Origin: Octopus vulgaris
Lineage: Eukaryota
Reading direction: 5' to 3'
Length of the DNA stretch: 64,000 nt
Assembly: GCA_951406725.2 (NCBI GenBank)
Contig: OX597814.1
Location: forward strand, 216,628,001-216,692,000
The position numbers and the translations under genes are program-made. The notes under the pieces were generated by a model, which saw only the letters and a list, made by a program, of their open reading frames with translations, had not been told where the DNA came from and ran no database searches. Shown piece by piece: positions 1 through 15,747 of the stretch. Each line of letters starts with the position of its first letter. Position 1 is the first letter of the stretch.

Positions 1-1244
1 TTAACTAACGGAATAACCCCTGATTCTCCACTATCTATCAGAGTGCTGTCATTGCTAGTGCCCGTGGTGCTGCTATTGCGGGAAATGATGCTGGGGTTGC
101 TATAGGGGTTCTCTACCCTACTCCCATTGTTACCGTCAACCACAACACCCCTATTTATAACTATACCCCTAGTGTGTACTCCCTGGCTGGAGCTGAGATT
201 ATGAGTCACTGTACTGGCTCTCATATCATTATTACTACTATAATTATTCCTACTGAGCATTAAACCGGGAGCGGAAGAGGCTGTGCCTCCGGAAAAAGGT
301 GATAGGGTCTTAGTAAGTAGCCTATTATTATGGGAGGCGATTATCTGGGCGAGGTTTTTAGTGTTGGAGAAAGCTATCCTAACTTTATGCGAGTTAACCG
401 TGGAGTAATATTTGGAATTTCTGGGGAAGTTATTGGCGATGGCTTGTCTAAACATGAGGGGGAGGTTAGTTCTAATCTGCTTACCAAAGGGAATTACAAA
501 CCATATATGCTTATTCCTATCTGTGTGATGGGTCGGGACGCCAGCTCTCGCATTCGGGTGGGTGATTCTCGGATGAATAACGGGTTTTGGGTTAGTGTGA
601 GATCTCCCGGACCGATAATTATCCTTGTTCGCTAAATTAAATGCGGGAGCGACTACCCCAGCACCCGCCGCGCTCCCGTCCCTACTTAAATTGTTTATGT
701 TATTATAGACGGCCCTATCCTGATGACTGAATGATGGCATCGGAAGGGCCGGATCAATATAAATTACCTTCTGCCTATAACCGGCCTTGGATAGTGCGGC
801 GTTATAAAATTCCACTTTCTGCATAAAAATATCGGCACTGGCGGAAAGCCAGACAATCTTAGAGAGATGTTTTTAACCAAATTGTCTGTTACGGTTTTGG
901 CATGATTTGAGAAGACACTGACATACTTCAAATTAGTGGAAGGCTTATGGTAAGGGCAGTATGAGTCGCTATTAAGGTTAAGTGTAACGTCTAGGAAATT
1001 AGCCTTGGTGAGTTCATTATCAAAAACTATATTCATGCCCATTCTATTAAAAAACCTAGCTAACCTGCTCTTAGTTTTCTGCACTATTCTGTTCGTGGTG
1101 TTTTGCAGGTAAAACAGACAATCGTCACGATACAGGCCGCCCGCGATCTCCGGGAATTGATCGGACAATTCGTAGAGAATATATATTCCGACCAAATCGG
1201 CTATCTGCGCACTATCCGAACTACCCATAGGCACATCAAATTCA
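1..1244 (-). mobile_element. Inverted, 5'-truncated copy of the adjacent Penelope-like element (RT core to linker; continues beyond window start)
   Basis: Near-identical reverse complement of ~2380-3611; mirror ORFs 330-635/2978-3283; encodes EFDVPMGSSDSAQIADLVG...GLYRDD. Confidence 0.95.
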
Positions 1245-1434
1245 ATTATCCGCACCAACGCACGGTTGCAACACCATATGGTTGTACCTCCAACCGTGCT
1301 GTCTTCTGCTGTGATTTTTGCTACCAAGGTATCGGTTAAACTTTTGATTAATCTGCTACAAGATTATTCATCTTTCTATTTCACATAATACATACCGCTT
1401 CGTCAAGAAACTGCTACTTTAACCGATACCAATA

Positions 1435-4110
1435 ATGGAGTTGTTCGAGATTGATGCGTCCCTTAAGGATATTCCTATACCACCGAAGGACGCCTTCATT
1501 AAGGAGTTGGTTTGTAAAACCAACGCATTCATAAACTGGATAAGATGGCTCGTTTTCTTCCACGAGAACGAAGATCTAAAATCGAACCGGACAACAGCAT
1601 CGTCCGAATACGGCCGGGTTTTTAAAACATTGGATACGCCGCCACCTAACCCAAGACTGAAGAAGTTTGAGGACGACTTGTGGGACATAGTTAGAAAGAT
1701 TAAGTTCAGGAAGTCACCCAGGAGAAATGCCCACCTCAGATACCTAGATAAAATTACCAAGGACATTAATAGAACGGACGGAGTCCCTGGTCCAGTCCGA
1801 CAAGACCAGGAACACATACAAGCTACCCATTAAGCAGTACCTAGATTTACTAGGTAAAGAGATCAAGAAAAATTATAGAAAAACCAATTGGAGTACCCTG
1901 AGGAAGGTAAACTTGGAAATTAAGGAAATAATATTTAAACAACGAATTCAAATGAGAACTCAGCCGCTTAGCCCTAAGCAACCCAGATTTATAGTGAAGG
2001 ACCATAAACCGAACTTCCACACCAACCCAACGCTAAGACTCATATGCCCTGCTAGCTCTGATATCGGGATAATCAGTAAGTACATTTTAGATAAATATAT
2101 CCCTAGTTTAGTAAACAAGCTGAAGCTCAGCCTCTGGGCCAACTCCTCGCAGGTAGTGAAGTGGTTCTCTTCCATCCCCAATGAGAACCGTACTAGGTTC
2201 ATTCAGTTTGATATCGCCAGCTTCTACCCCTCGATTAACCCTAGTGTGCTAAATAAGGCCCTTTGGCATGCTCACAACAAGGCTGGCCTCACCAGAGAAG
2301 AGATAGATATCATTTTAGTTGCCAGGAAATCGTTTATTAAGTTTGATAATAAGTTGTGGATCCGTAAAGATACTCCCAATGAATATGGGTAGTTCGGATA
2401 GTGCGCAGATAGCCGATTTGGTCGGAATATATATTCTCTACGAATTGTCCGATCAATTCCCGGAGATCGCGGGCGGCCTGTATCGTGACGATTGTCTGTT
2501 TTACCTGCAAAACACCACGAACAGAATAGTGCAGAAAACTAAGAGCAGGTTAGCTAGGTTTTTTAATAGAATGGGCATGAATATAGTTTTTGATAATGAA
2601 CTCACCAAGGCTAATTTCCTAGACGTTACACTTAACCTTAATAGCGACTCATACTGCCCTTACCATAAGCCTTCCACTAATTTGAAGTATGTCAGTGTCT
2701 TCTCAAATCATGCCAAAACCGTAACAGACAATTTGGTTAAAAACATCTCTCTAAGATTGTCTGGCTTTCCGCCAGTGCCGATATTTTTATGCAGAAAGTG
2801 GAATTTTATAACGCCGCACTATCCAAGGCCGGTTATAGGCAGAAGGTAATTTATATTGATCCGGCCCTTCCGATGCCATCATTCGGTCATCAGGATAGGG
2901 CCGTCTATAATAACATAAACAATTTAAGTAGGGACGGGAGCGCGGCGGGTGCTGGGGTAGTCGCTCCCGCATTTAATTTAGCGAACAAGGATAATTATCG
3001 GTCCGGGAGATCTCACACTAACCCAAAACCCGTTATTCATCCGAGAATCACCCACCCGAATGCGAGAGCTGGCGTCCCGACCCATCACACAGATAGGAAT
3101 AAGCATATATGGTTTGTAATTCCCTTTGGTAAGCAGATTAGAACTAACCTCCCCCTCATGTTTAGACAAGCCATCGCCAATAACTTCCCCAGAAATTCCA
3201 AATATTACTCCACGGTTAACTCGCATAAAGTTAGGATAGCTTTCTCCAACACTAAAAACCTCGCCCAGATAATCGCCTCCCATAATAATAGGCTACTTAC
3301 TAAGACCCTATCACCTTTTTCCGGAGGCACAGCCTCTTCCGCTCCCGGTTTAATGCTCAGTAGGAATAATTATAGTAGTAATAATGATATGAGAGCCAGT
3401 ACAGTGACTCATAATCTCAGCTCCAGCCAGGAGTACACACTAGGGGTATAGTTATAAATAGGGGTGTTGTGGTTGACGGTAACAATGGGAGTAGGGTAGA
3501 GAGCCCCTATAGCAACCCCAGCATCATTTCCCGCAATAGCAGCACCACGGGCACTAGCAATGACAGCACTCTGATAGATAGTGGAGAATCAGGGGTTATT
3601 CCGTTAGTTAATAGTGACGTAGTGGAAAATAAAGTAGTAAGCGGCTGCAGTTCTCGTAACAAATATAGTGACAGTAACGCAGTTCTAATTTCAGAAACTA
3701 ATCCTAGCAGAATAAGATTCACGTCGGCGAACTCCAAGATCAGAAACGCCGTCTACCAATGCAAGGTTTACACGGACTCAGATGTCTACACTTATGTAGG
3801 GGCCTCATCGTCAAGATTGGCTTTGCGAATCTCCAATCATTACGCAACTTTTCGGGACATGAACAAACGCCAGACCACGGGACTCAGCAAGCTAATATGG
3901 CGATTGAAGGATACGAACTCAAGCTACAGGCTGGAATGGTCAATTTTGTCGGTGGCCCTCCCATTTGATAGGGGCAGAAGGAAGTGCAACCTTTGTGTCT
4001 CCGAACTCTTCCATATTTTGTTCGCCAGAGGCCGGATGGTAAACGGACTTTTACAGTCGGCTTTTCGATGCCCCCATTGGCGGCGTTACACTTATCTGGC
4101 TTTTAAATAG
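1435..4110 (+). pseudogene. PLE RT + GIY-YIG endonuclease ORF disrupted by about 4 frameshifts (~1790, 2384, ~2763, ~3430)
   Basis: Consecutive ORF fragments from 1913 onward are colinear with the uninterrupted paralog at 26489-28507. Confidence 0.9.
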
Positions 4111-4725
4111 CGTTTATAAATAATACCTGCACCCATAGCCCTTGGTAACAAATTCTGAAATAGCCTTTAAGATAATTACGATTAACCACTGCAAGGGGAA
4201 TTACTCCTGTAAGATAAACGGGGCTTTGTTTTTTGACGATGGGGGGTTTCCTTGACAAGGCATGTTGAGACGAACACACGCACACATAAAACATAATATA
4301 TTTTTTTCTGCCACCCAACGGTTCTTACTGCAGTAGCCATTGTGTAGAGCGGCTTAACCACTGACAGCCGAGCGATCAAACGCACACACGTACACAAAAA
4401 ATGTTTTCTACCCCTTGACGGAGGTCTTGCCAACCTGCGCCAGCACACATATAGAACAGTAAACACACACGTCTCTAAGTAGATTTTTTTCTCGCCCCTT
4501 ATAAAACATCCAATATTCCTTAAATAGTCAGAACTTTATTCTCGGTCACAAAGAACATCTACACACCCTCACCCACAGGAATGACCGCTGCCTGACCCGT
4601 TAAAATCTTCAACCACCGGTTCTCAACATACACTGATAAACAGTTTTGCCATGGGCTCTTAGGAGCCTAGTTCGATTTGTTTTGCTCCGCCTCTGTTCTG
4701 TTTTTGTTTTTTCCAACGGATTTCC

Positions 4726-4818
4726 TATTTCTTCCTGAAGAGAAAGCCACAATATGGTCTCATTATTCAATCGGATTTTGGTAAATTGTGCCTTTCGAAA
4801 CACGTGTAGAATGAAATA
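4726..4818 (+). ncRNA. Minimal type I hammerhead ribozyme motif with extended stem II (PLE pLTR)
   Basis: ATTTCTTC-CTGAAGA(4735-41)-GAAAGcCACAAT...ATTGTGcCTTTC-GAAA(4797-4800)-CACGTG-TA-GAATGAAAT; palindromic ACACGTGT; predicted cut after A4808. Confidence 0.85.
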
Positions 4819-5026
4819 AAACGATTTCTGTTCAATCTTCGTTCAGCTCCATTTCTTCAATTCACCAATAATATTTAAATTCAATTATCCGCACCAACGC
4901 ACGGTTGCAACACCATATGGTTGTACCTCCAACCGTGCTGTCTTCTGCTGTGATTTTTGCTACCAAGGTATCGGTTAAACTTTTGATTAATCTACTACAA
5001 GATTATTCATCTTTCTATTTCACATA

Positions 5027-8356
<3,330 letters not shown>

Positions 8357-8456
8357 NNNNNNNNNNNNNNNNNNNNNNNNNNNNNNNNNNNNNNNNNNNN
8401 NNNNNNNNNNNNNNNNNNNNNNNNNNNNNNNNNNNNNNNNNNNNNNNNNNNNNNNN
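8357..8456. other. Assembly gap (100 N)
   Basis: Run of N. Confidence 1.
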
Positions 8457-8582
8457 CACTTGGTTAGACTGGGACAAAGTGAAATGAAGTGCCTTGTTCA
8501 AGGACGCCACGTTCTACCCTGTCCAGGAATCCTTATTCAAGAAACGAACACACGAACTTAGAGTGACCTTTCTCCGACAAAC

Positions 8583-8682
8583 ATGGCTGTCCTTAGAGTA
8601 GGATACATGAATGTATGTGGCCAGAAGTCAACTTGGGATCAAGATTCCTTGCGGAATGACCTCAGGTCACTAACATTAGATG
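8583..8682 (+). mobile_element. Relic of a Tx1-like ORF2 N-terminus (APE start)
   Basis: MAVLRVGYMNVCGQKSTWDQDSLRNDLRSLTLD resembles MLRIGSINVRGLGSPWKQGYLLNDIKSLNLN at ~51835. Confidence 0.6.
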
Positions 8683-10167
8683 GGTAACTGGAAGTCGAAC
8701 CTGGCCCTACCAGCTCACAAACATTACAGGGAGCGAATTGAATAAGTTAAGAAGCAAATGACAGTTTTCCTTTGTCTGGTGGCCATAGCAAAAGAGGCTG
8801 TTTGATATACGAGGTTATGAAATATTCGAAACATTAAATCTTCCCTCACATCAAGTAGTACAATAAGCTCTCCAGAACATAATAGGTGGGGGTCATATTG
8901 TTTCATAGAAAAGTAAAACCTATAACTTTAAAAAGCAGCTAAAACACAAATTAAAATTGTCAGGCATATCTCTGAATACACAGTTGTACATTGGTGAAAG
9001 AAACACAAGAGAAACAATAAAAGACACCGGTAATGTCACAGATCAATGCTTCACGTTAACTGATCTACGAGAATATAGGAGAATAAAGCGTGACATACGA
9101 GCATGGCTTAATTCTGTTGCCTCTTTTATTGTCTGTTCTGATCTCAGAACTTTCTGTTTTCTTGAAGCTGAGTTAGCTTATTTAATGATTCATTCATTTG
9201 CAATCACCGACTCCATTGGCTTTTTTTGAAGACGCCAGCCTACCGACACTATCATTGGTGATATCTTCATGACAACCTCACTCAGTTTGGGAGATCCAAT
9301 TTTCTTTCTAAAAATTTTCCAACGTTGGAAGAAACAAGTTTCAATTTCAAACTAAGGCAATGAATATCTTATTTCTAACGTCAATGTCTACATTTTCATT
9401 GCTTTTATTATTGTTAGGTGTTTGCGATTATTAATTGCGTTTCGTGATGGATTCTTTTCTTTTAATATTCTTCTCCATTTCTGATATTTTTCGTTTTCAG
9501 AATGTCCCTTATTAAGTTAACGAGATCTTGGTTGTTTTCTCTCCAAATTTTATACTAATATACCGTATTTTCATATAAAATATACTTGCAAAATAAAACG
9601 AAGTTTCTCTTGTGTTCATTTTATGTATTTTCTGTTTAATTTGCTTGGACTGAGGAGTTCAATCTGGCAATTTTATTTCATTATCATCTTTGGGTAAAGG
9701 CATATTAGTTTCTGTTGTTGGTGAGTTTTGTAAGCATGATTTTCCGTAAATTTCATATGAAAAGATCCACTTGCGTATTCCTCCAGAAAGAAGAAATTTT
9801 GGAGAATTGATACATCTTTATTGGGATAATTTGATATATTTTAAGTTTGGTGACGGGTGACAGTGCGATGCGGTTTTGCTAAAGACCGTGATCCGATGTC
9901 CATATCTACATGGACACTGAAAGCGTTTAAATCATTATTTTCGAATGCTAAATAGCAATAAATTTTACAGAAGTTTACTTATGCTGTTAACTTTCAACAA
10001 TTCGGCAACTCTTTTACGGTTTCATTTATTGTTTTGGATATTTTATAGCAATGATTAAACTTTCTTGCAAGTTAAACATCCCCAGTATTGTTGTTGCTGT
10101 AATTATCAGTAATCGTACTAATAAATATTTTGGTTGTAGCGTATAATTTTCATATCTATTATTACAG

Positions 10168-10351
10168 CCAGTATGCCGATTCGCATTATCAATGAACGGT
10201 GCTAAACTGAAGACTGAAAGGTCCTGCAGCACATACAGAAAATGTGTTGAAGCTATGAGAAACAATACCCTTACATGCAATAAACGGACGAATAGCACGT
10301 CTTGTACTAGTTGTTGCATCGGACACTTATGTAACAAGAATGATTTCATTG
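10168..10351 (+). CDS. Exon of + strand adhesion-GPCR-like gene: Cys-rich Ly6/uPAR (three-finger)-like domain, C-terminal part
   Basis: tacag| ... |gtaagt; PVCRFALS...RSCSTYRKC...CNKRTNSTSCTSCCIGHLCN; ends in phase 1, matching the next exon. Confidence 0.8.
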
Positions 10352-10473
10352 GTAAGTGTTATTTATTGTCTAATATAACACCACCAGGTTTATTACAAAT
10401 TGATAGTTAATAAGAATATTGTATAGTAGTTAATATAAGGGAAATATTTTGATGTGTGTATACGTGTGTGCAA

Positions 10474-10548
<75 letters not shown>

Positions 10549-10583
10549 ACAATGCGGTCGTGAACACACATACATATCTGTAC

Positions 10584-10643
<60 letters not shown>

Positions 10644-10649
10644 AATTCG

Positions 10650-12290
10650 TAATAGAAGGGCTAAATATCCTCTTCGAAATTACCTTCTTTGTCTTCAAAG
10701 ACAACTTCTATCATTCTTTGTCATGATAGTATAGAAAGACCTAAAGGATTTCAAGCTCTTATAAATGGACTTGATATAAACATTCAATTTCCGATGGAAT
10801 ATAGCCATCAACAACTTCAATTCCTCGACATCCTCATTACGAAATTCAACATCAAAATAGAAACATATACATACGTTAAGCCTACGGACTCGAAGCAATA
10901 TCTACTGTTTAACTCATGCCACCCCAGACACACTAGAATGAATATCCCATTCAACCTAGCAAAAATGATTTGTACTATAGTCCCTAATACAAACACCAGG
11001 GACACACTGCTACATGAACTAAAGCATGCACTCATTACCAGGAACTACGCACCATCACTAATTGGTATAGGCTTTCAATGTGCCCTACAACTCAGCATCC
11101 ACGAACTCAGACATCCCAAATTAAAGAAGGATTTACAGCCAAAGCCCTATCATACATCTCCACACACAACCCCCTTAACAATGAAGCCTTAGACACAATC
11201 CTCCAGAACATTCACCTACTAAAAAGGGATCACAGAATGAATTTTATCCTCCAAACGCACACCATCATAAAGAGCAAAAGACAACCAAAATCTATCAAAT
11301 GTCTCCTAACACAAGCTCAAGTACATTCGACATCACACTGAAGCCGTCAGTAAAAAAATGCAGAAGAGCTAACTGTGGTATATGCGTTAACCTAATTCAG
11401 GGATAGGAGCTCTCTTTCAAACAGGTTCAACGATTTACAGTGAAAAACAACTTCACATTTGCTTCGGAAAACCTAATATAGGCATTAACTTGCTCAGGGT
11501 GTCGAGAACAATACATAGGCCAAATCGAAATTAGTCTACACCAGAGGAAGACCCTACATAGATCCCAGATTAAAATTTGGGAATACAGAAAAATAGCATT
11601 TAGCGAACACATTGACTTTTGTGCCACTAACGAACAACCCAATTTCAGAATTTTCCTCTCTATAAACTCAGGGACGATGTAACCTGTAGTCAGCGCATTA
11701 GAAAAGTGTCATATTTTATGGCAAAATATAAACCCCTTTTGAATGCGTCCACCACAAATGACACTACTACAAATGCCTTAGAATAATACCTACACAAATA
11801 GTAAAAACGATATATTAAGAATTATCATTGCCTGTGAATTTATTCAGAAGAATTCTAATCACTATTTTTATATCCACAACAGGTTACTTTTAGGTTACTT
11901 TTCTCGCATATTTAAATATTCATTTCATTCAATGTGGGGGTGATCCATTTTTATTTCCAAAGCCTCACTTTCTCTTTTAATGTTTTCTGTTCAAGTTTTA
12001 ATTCAATATTTGGGAAACCGACAATTTATTCTAGTATCTACACGTAATGTAAAAACATTATTGAATGAAAATTTTAAAACAAACACGTACAATTTTTGTA
12101 AAAATATTTCAATGTGATTTTGTAGTTATTGCTGTTTGGAATGCTATAAGCCTTACAATATTACGACCGATTTTGTCCATTTTCCCTTTCCACTCTCTCA
12201 TATGTTTTTTCAATATTTTTCTGCCATGAAATACATTTTATGGAATGATGATGCCGAAGTAACACACGCGTAGTCCATTGGTGGAAGAAA
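10650..12290 (+). mobile_element. Degenerate 5'-truncated Penelope/Poseidon-type PLE (RT thumb + GIY-YIG); 3' boundary approximate
   Basis: FLDILI...YVKPTDSKQYLLFNSCHPRHTRMNIP; CRRANCGIC; LTCSGCREQYIGQ; many frameshifts. Confidence 0.8.
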
Positions 12291-12702
12291 AACAACAAAA
12301 TAAATTGTAATCTAAATTTTTACCCCCACCGTTGCTTTGAAACCACTGACAAAACTTCGTGCGGCATTACGTTTGTGAAGTTTTGTCAGTGAACAGGTCG
12401 CAATTTCAAAGCCATGAAAATATTTTGATACAAATTAAATTTAATTGTTAAAGTGACACTAACGGTTTTTGTGTGTTCTTGAATGGCTTACAAACATCTT
12501 CCACTCTGCAATTGTTTTTCTTTCAGCACACGATCTCAGATCAAGTCACTTGCTTTGAAAGTACATCTCTGTAATTTAAAAAAAATCTCTGTGGATAAAT
12601 GCCATTCTCAGGCTCTCCGCTATTTTAATTTCTAAACAGAAACAATCGGGGGCAGGGAGTGGGGTTGCAAAAAATTCATAATTTCTCAAATTTTCTTTTT
12701 TA

Positions 12703-13089
12703 TCTCTCTATATATAAACGGCAGTTTGTCTGTGTGTGTTTCTGTGTGTCTGTTTGGTTGTACCCTCACTCTGACCACGGCTTTCAACCGATTCTGATGA
12801 AACTTGACACACACATAGCCCAATGTCATAATTCAAAACTAACGCAGCGAAAATTTTGAAAAGTTCCCCCAGTTCTGAAAAAGATCGATAAATTCGACAT
12901 GGGGTCGACAATCAGAAACACAAACCACAGATGGTCTAGGGGACGCAACTCGACCTTTTTAACTTTCAAAAAAAAATTTACCATCATTTTTTTTTCCTAT
13001 TTTTTTGCTATTTTTTGGCTATAACTCTCTAAAAATGCTTTATAGTTATTTCCCTTACAAACCCGAGCAACGCCGGGCGATACTGCTAG
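12703..13089 (+). mobile_element. Non-autonomous Helitron
   Basis: 5' TC, 3' CTAG, subterminal hairpin CCCGagcaacgcCGGG, inserted between A and T with no TSD. Confidence 0.85.
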
Positions 13090-13569
13090 TAGCATATAAA
13101 TGTATTTATGAGGGGAAATATTGAAAAACATCAATACATGCAAAATGATAAAGAAACGAGGGGGGTTGTTTTTAGATGTGCATGAAACGACAGCCAAATC
13201 GCCCTTACATCAATTTTCCCTCTGAAAATATTAACAATTAAAAAAAAATTACCGAAACTGCTTTTCCCATGGTTTTGAAGTGCAAAACAATAATTGGCCA
13301 AAATAGGTCCGGAGTGGGATTATGAGGGAGGAGGGTGATAAAAAAAGAGCTTCCAAAACTTTTTCATACAAAGCTGCTTCCCACAATCCCATCATGTCAA
13401 AGGCTGCGGTTAAAAAAAAGTGAAAATCCATGAAAAATATTTCCCCCAAAATTTGTTTAAAATCGTAATCTATGTCGTTTGAAAGAGATTTGTATAAAAT
13501 TACATTAAAAGATACACATTTTCATGAAAGTTACAAGGGAAAAAATCAGATCGTGTAACGTTTTCAAAA

Positions 13570-13900
13570 TTCATCTCTCCATCCCCTCGAAAAAGTTCCT
13601 TCCAATCAATCCCGATATACCAGCACAACTTTCATGCAGCACATGGATCAACAGGTCATTTCTAAATTTCCGAAATTGTACACCAAAGACCAGTTTCGTC
13701 ACCAAAAATACAAATCAAACACTACGTGGGTTTTGAAAGGAGCCCTACACCATTGTTAACCGCCTGAAAATCATCGATATGGCCTGGCAGGGTGTAACGG
13801 GGAGAACGCTGAATTCTGCATGGTGGAAGCTGTGACCTGACTGCGTATCAGAAAGAGACTTCTCGGGGTTTTGAGTTTGAGGCGCCTGTAGTCAACGAGA
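13570..13900 (+). mobile_element. Tigger/pogo transposase relic
   Basis: MDQQVISKFPKLYTK...NTNQTLRGF...LKIIDMAWQGVTGRTLNSAWWKL, typical of the TIGD/Tigger DDE C-terminal region. Confidence 0.8.
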
Positions 13901-14165
13901 TGGTATCCCTTGGCAAGTCCATGGGCCTCGATGGAAGCATTAACAATGATGATGAAAACATTAACGATCGCGTCGAAGAACACATAGAAGACTTGCCGAC
14001 AAATGAATTCCTGCAGCTTCAGGAGAAGCAGCATTCGAATGTGGCGGAGGAGATTGGTTCCCAGGGGAGGATATTGTAGCGAAGAAGGCTATCTCTACGA
14101 GCCAAATAAAGCTAGTATTGGAAAAGTGGCAGTTTTCCTTTTCACTTGGACTTACTTCTGTCTCC

Positions 14166-14203
14166 TGTTTCTGAAGAAGAGCCTTTGCTCGAAACTTTAA
14201 ACA
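14166..14203 (+). ncRNA. Minimal hammerhead-like motif in a short non-coding repeat
   Basis: TGTTT-CTGAAGA-A-GAGCctttGCTC-GAAA-CTTT-AAACA; stem III degenerate. Confidence 0.55.
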
Positions 14204-14397
14204 TTCTTTCCTTCCCTGAGCGTCCTTTAATCTTTGCATGCACCACGTCCACGCGTTGTTGTTTTTCTTGTGTTTTTTCTTCGTTTTTTCTTTAATAACT
14301 ATATATATATATATATTGAAATGTGTACATGTACATACATGTATATAAATATATGTGTATTTACATATGCATGCAAATGTGGGCTTATTTGCATCTA

Positions 14398-15010
14398 TCT
14401 ATACATACATGGATATATAGGTACAGGACACCAACAAAAAACACGTCGAACACAATGAGAAAAGAAAAGATAATAACAAAACCATGGAAACGGATAACGA
14501 AAAAACAGAGTACAAGACATACAACAGAAGAAAAATTCCCCTTCTTCAGCCGCCTCTGCTTCGTCTACTCCGTGTTTCGAAGGTAAAGGCGAGACACGAC
14601 TTCGTGGAAACAATCCTTCCCGGAGGGGTAACAATGGTAGCAAAACAGGACAGTAAAAACAATACAAATAAAAACACTAAAAAAAAGGACAAGGAGAATA
14701 ACAGTAACACAAAGAGTAAGGGCTGTTAAGCCTGAACGAAAGGAAAAATTATTTTGAAAATTATTTTATTTGCTTTGCGGGAAGGAATGCTTAAACGAAG
14801 TTGTGTCTCGCCTTTACCTTCGAAACACGGAGTGGACGAAGCAGAGGCGTCTGAAGAAGGGGAATTTTCCTTCTGTTGTGTGTCTTGTACTCTGTTTTTC
14901 GTTGTTTAAAAAAATTGTCCGTTTCCATGGTTTTGTTTTTATGTTTTCGTTTCTCATTGTGTTCGATGTTTGTTTTGGTGTCCTGTATCCATATATGCAT
15001 GTATATATAC
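14398..15010. repeat. Inverted pair of a ~220 bp non-coding repeat (14398-14622 / 14778-15010) between TA-rich microsatellites
   Basis: Reverse-complement similarity, e.g. ...CTTCAGCCGCCTCTGCTTCGTCTACTCCGTGTTTCGAAGG... Confidence 0.85.
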
Positions 15011-15664
15011 ATATAGATGTAGGTACGTACATATATGTGTGTATATATGCAATGTTTTATATATATATATATATCTAACAGGACAAGATGTACGTTACGC
15101 CGCAATAATATATGTATAAAAATATATATAAAATACAAAATGGGACAAAAACGCAAAACACTCAAATAGACGACACAAAAAACGGACGGGTCATTCGAAG
15201 CCTCTAATCTTCAGTCGAGAACCGGATCATCCTCGCAATTTCGCCTGCTTAATCTTGAGATCACTCCGATCCGGCCAGCCCCACGGAAAAACTAAGCTAC
15301 GAGCATTAGATTTCTTGGAAAAAGGATCGAATATATACGAATCGAGGACAGAAAAACGGATGGAACTCTGTATGTGTACATGCATGCATATATATATGTG
15401 TGATTATACATGTATCTATACATTTACGTGAGTCTGTATATTCGTATATCTATCTATCTATCTATGGAACGTTATACAAATACATCTGTTTGTTTTCTAC
15501 ACCACCTGTCTTCGTCTTTTGTTATTTTGCGAATTCTCACTACATATTTTTTATATAGCATATTTATGAATGTGTATTTTTATCTACGTACGTGGGTTTT
15601 ATGTGCGTCTATGACGTGTGTCTCATTTATAAACGCAGCGATTATTTTCTATATCAATCCATAG

Positions 15665-15747
15665 GCTGGACCAAATCCTTCGTATTTCGTTTGATTTTTA
15701 AAAAGTCCAACGAATATAAAATCCCTGCTGAGAACATATCAAGAGCC
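15665..15747 (+). CDS. aGPCR-like exon, SEA-like module part a
   Basis: catag|GC TGG ACC...GCC|gtgagt; 83 nt, phase 1->0; GWTKSFVFRLIFKKSNEYKIPAENISRA. Confidence 0.75.

Noticed and set aside
330-635. Duplicated 101-aa ORF (also 2978-3283)
   Set aside because: Antisense shadow of the PLE ORF, duplicated only because of the inversion
8950-9950. Possible decayed coding or transposase sequence
   Set aside because: No recognisable motif or consistent frame by eye; upstream exons of the + strand gene could not be identified here
12238-12280. Hammerhead relic at the 3' end of the degenerate PLE (TGATGA...ACGCGTAGTCCA)
   Set aside because: Core C and GAAA are missing; cannot be supported as functional
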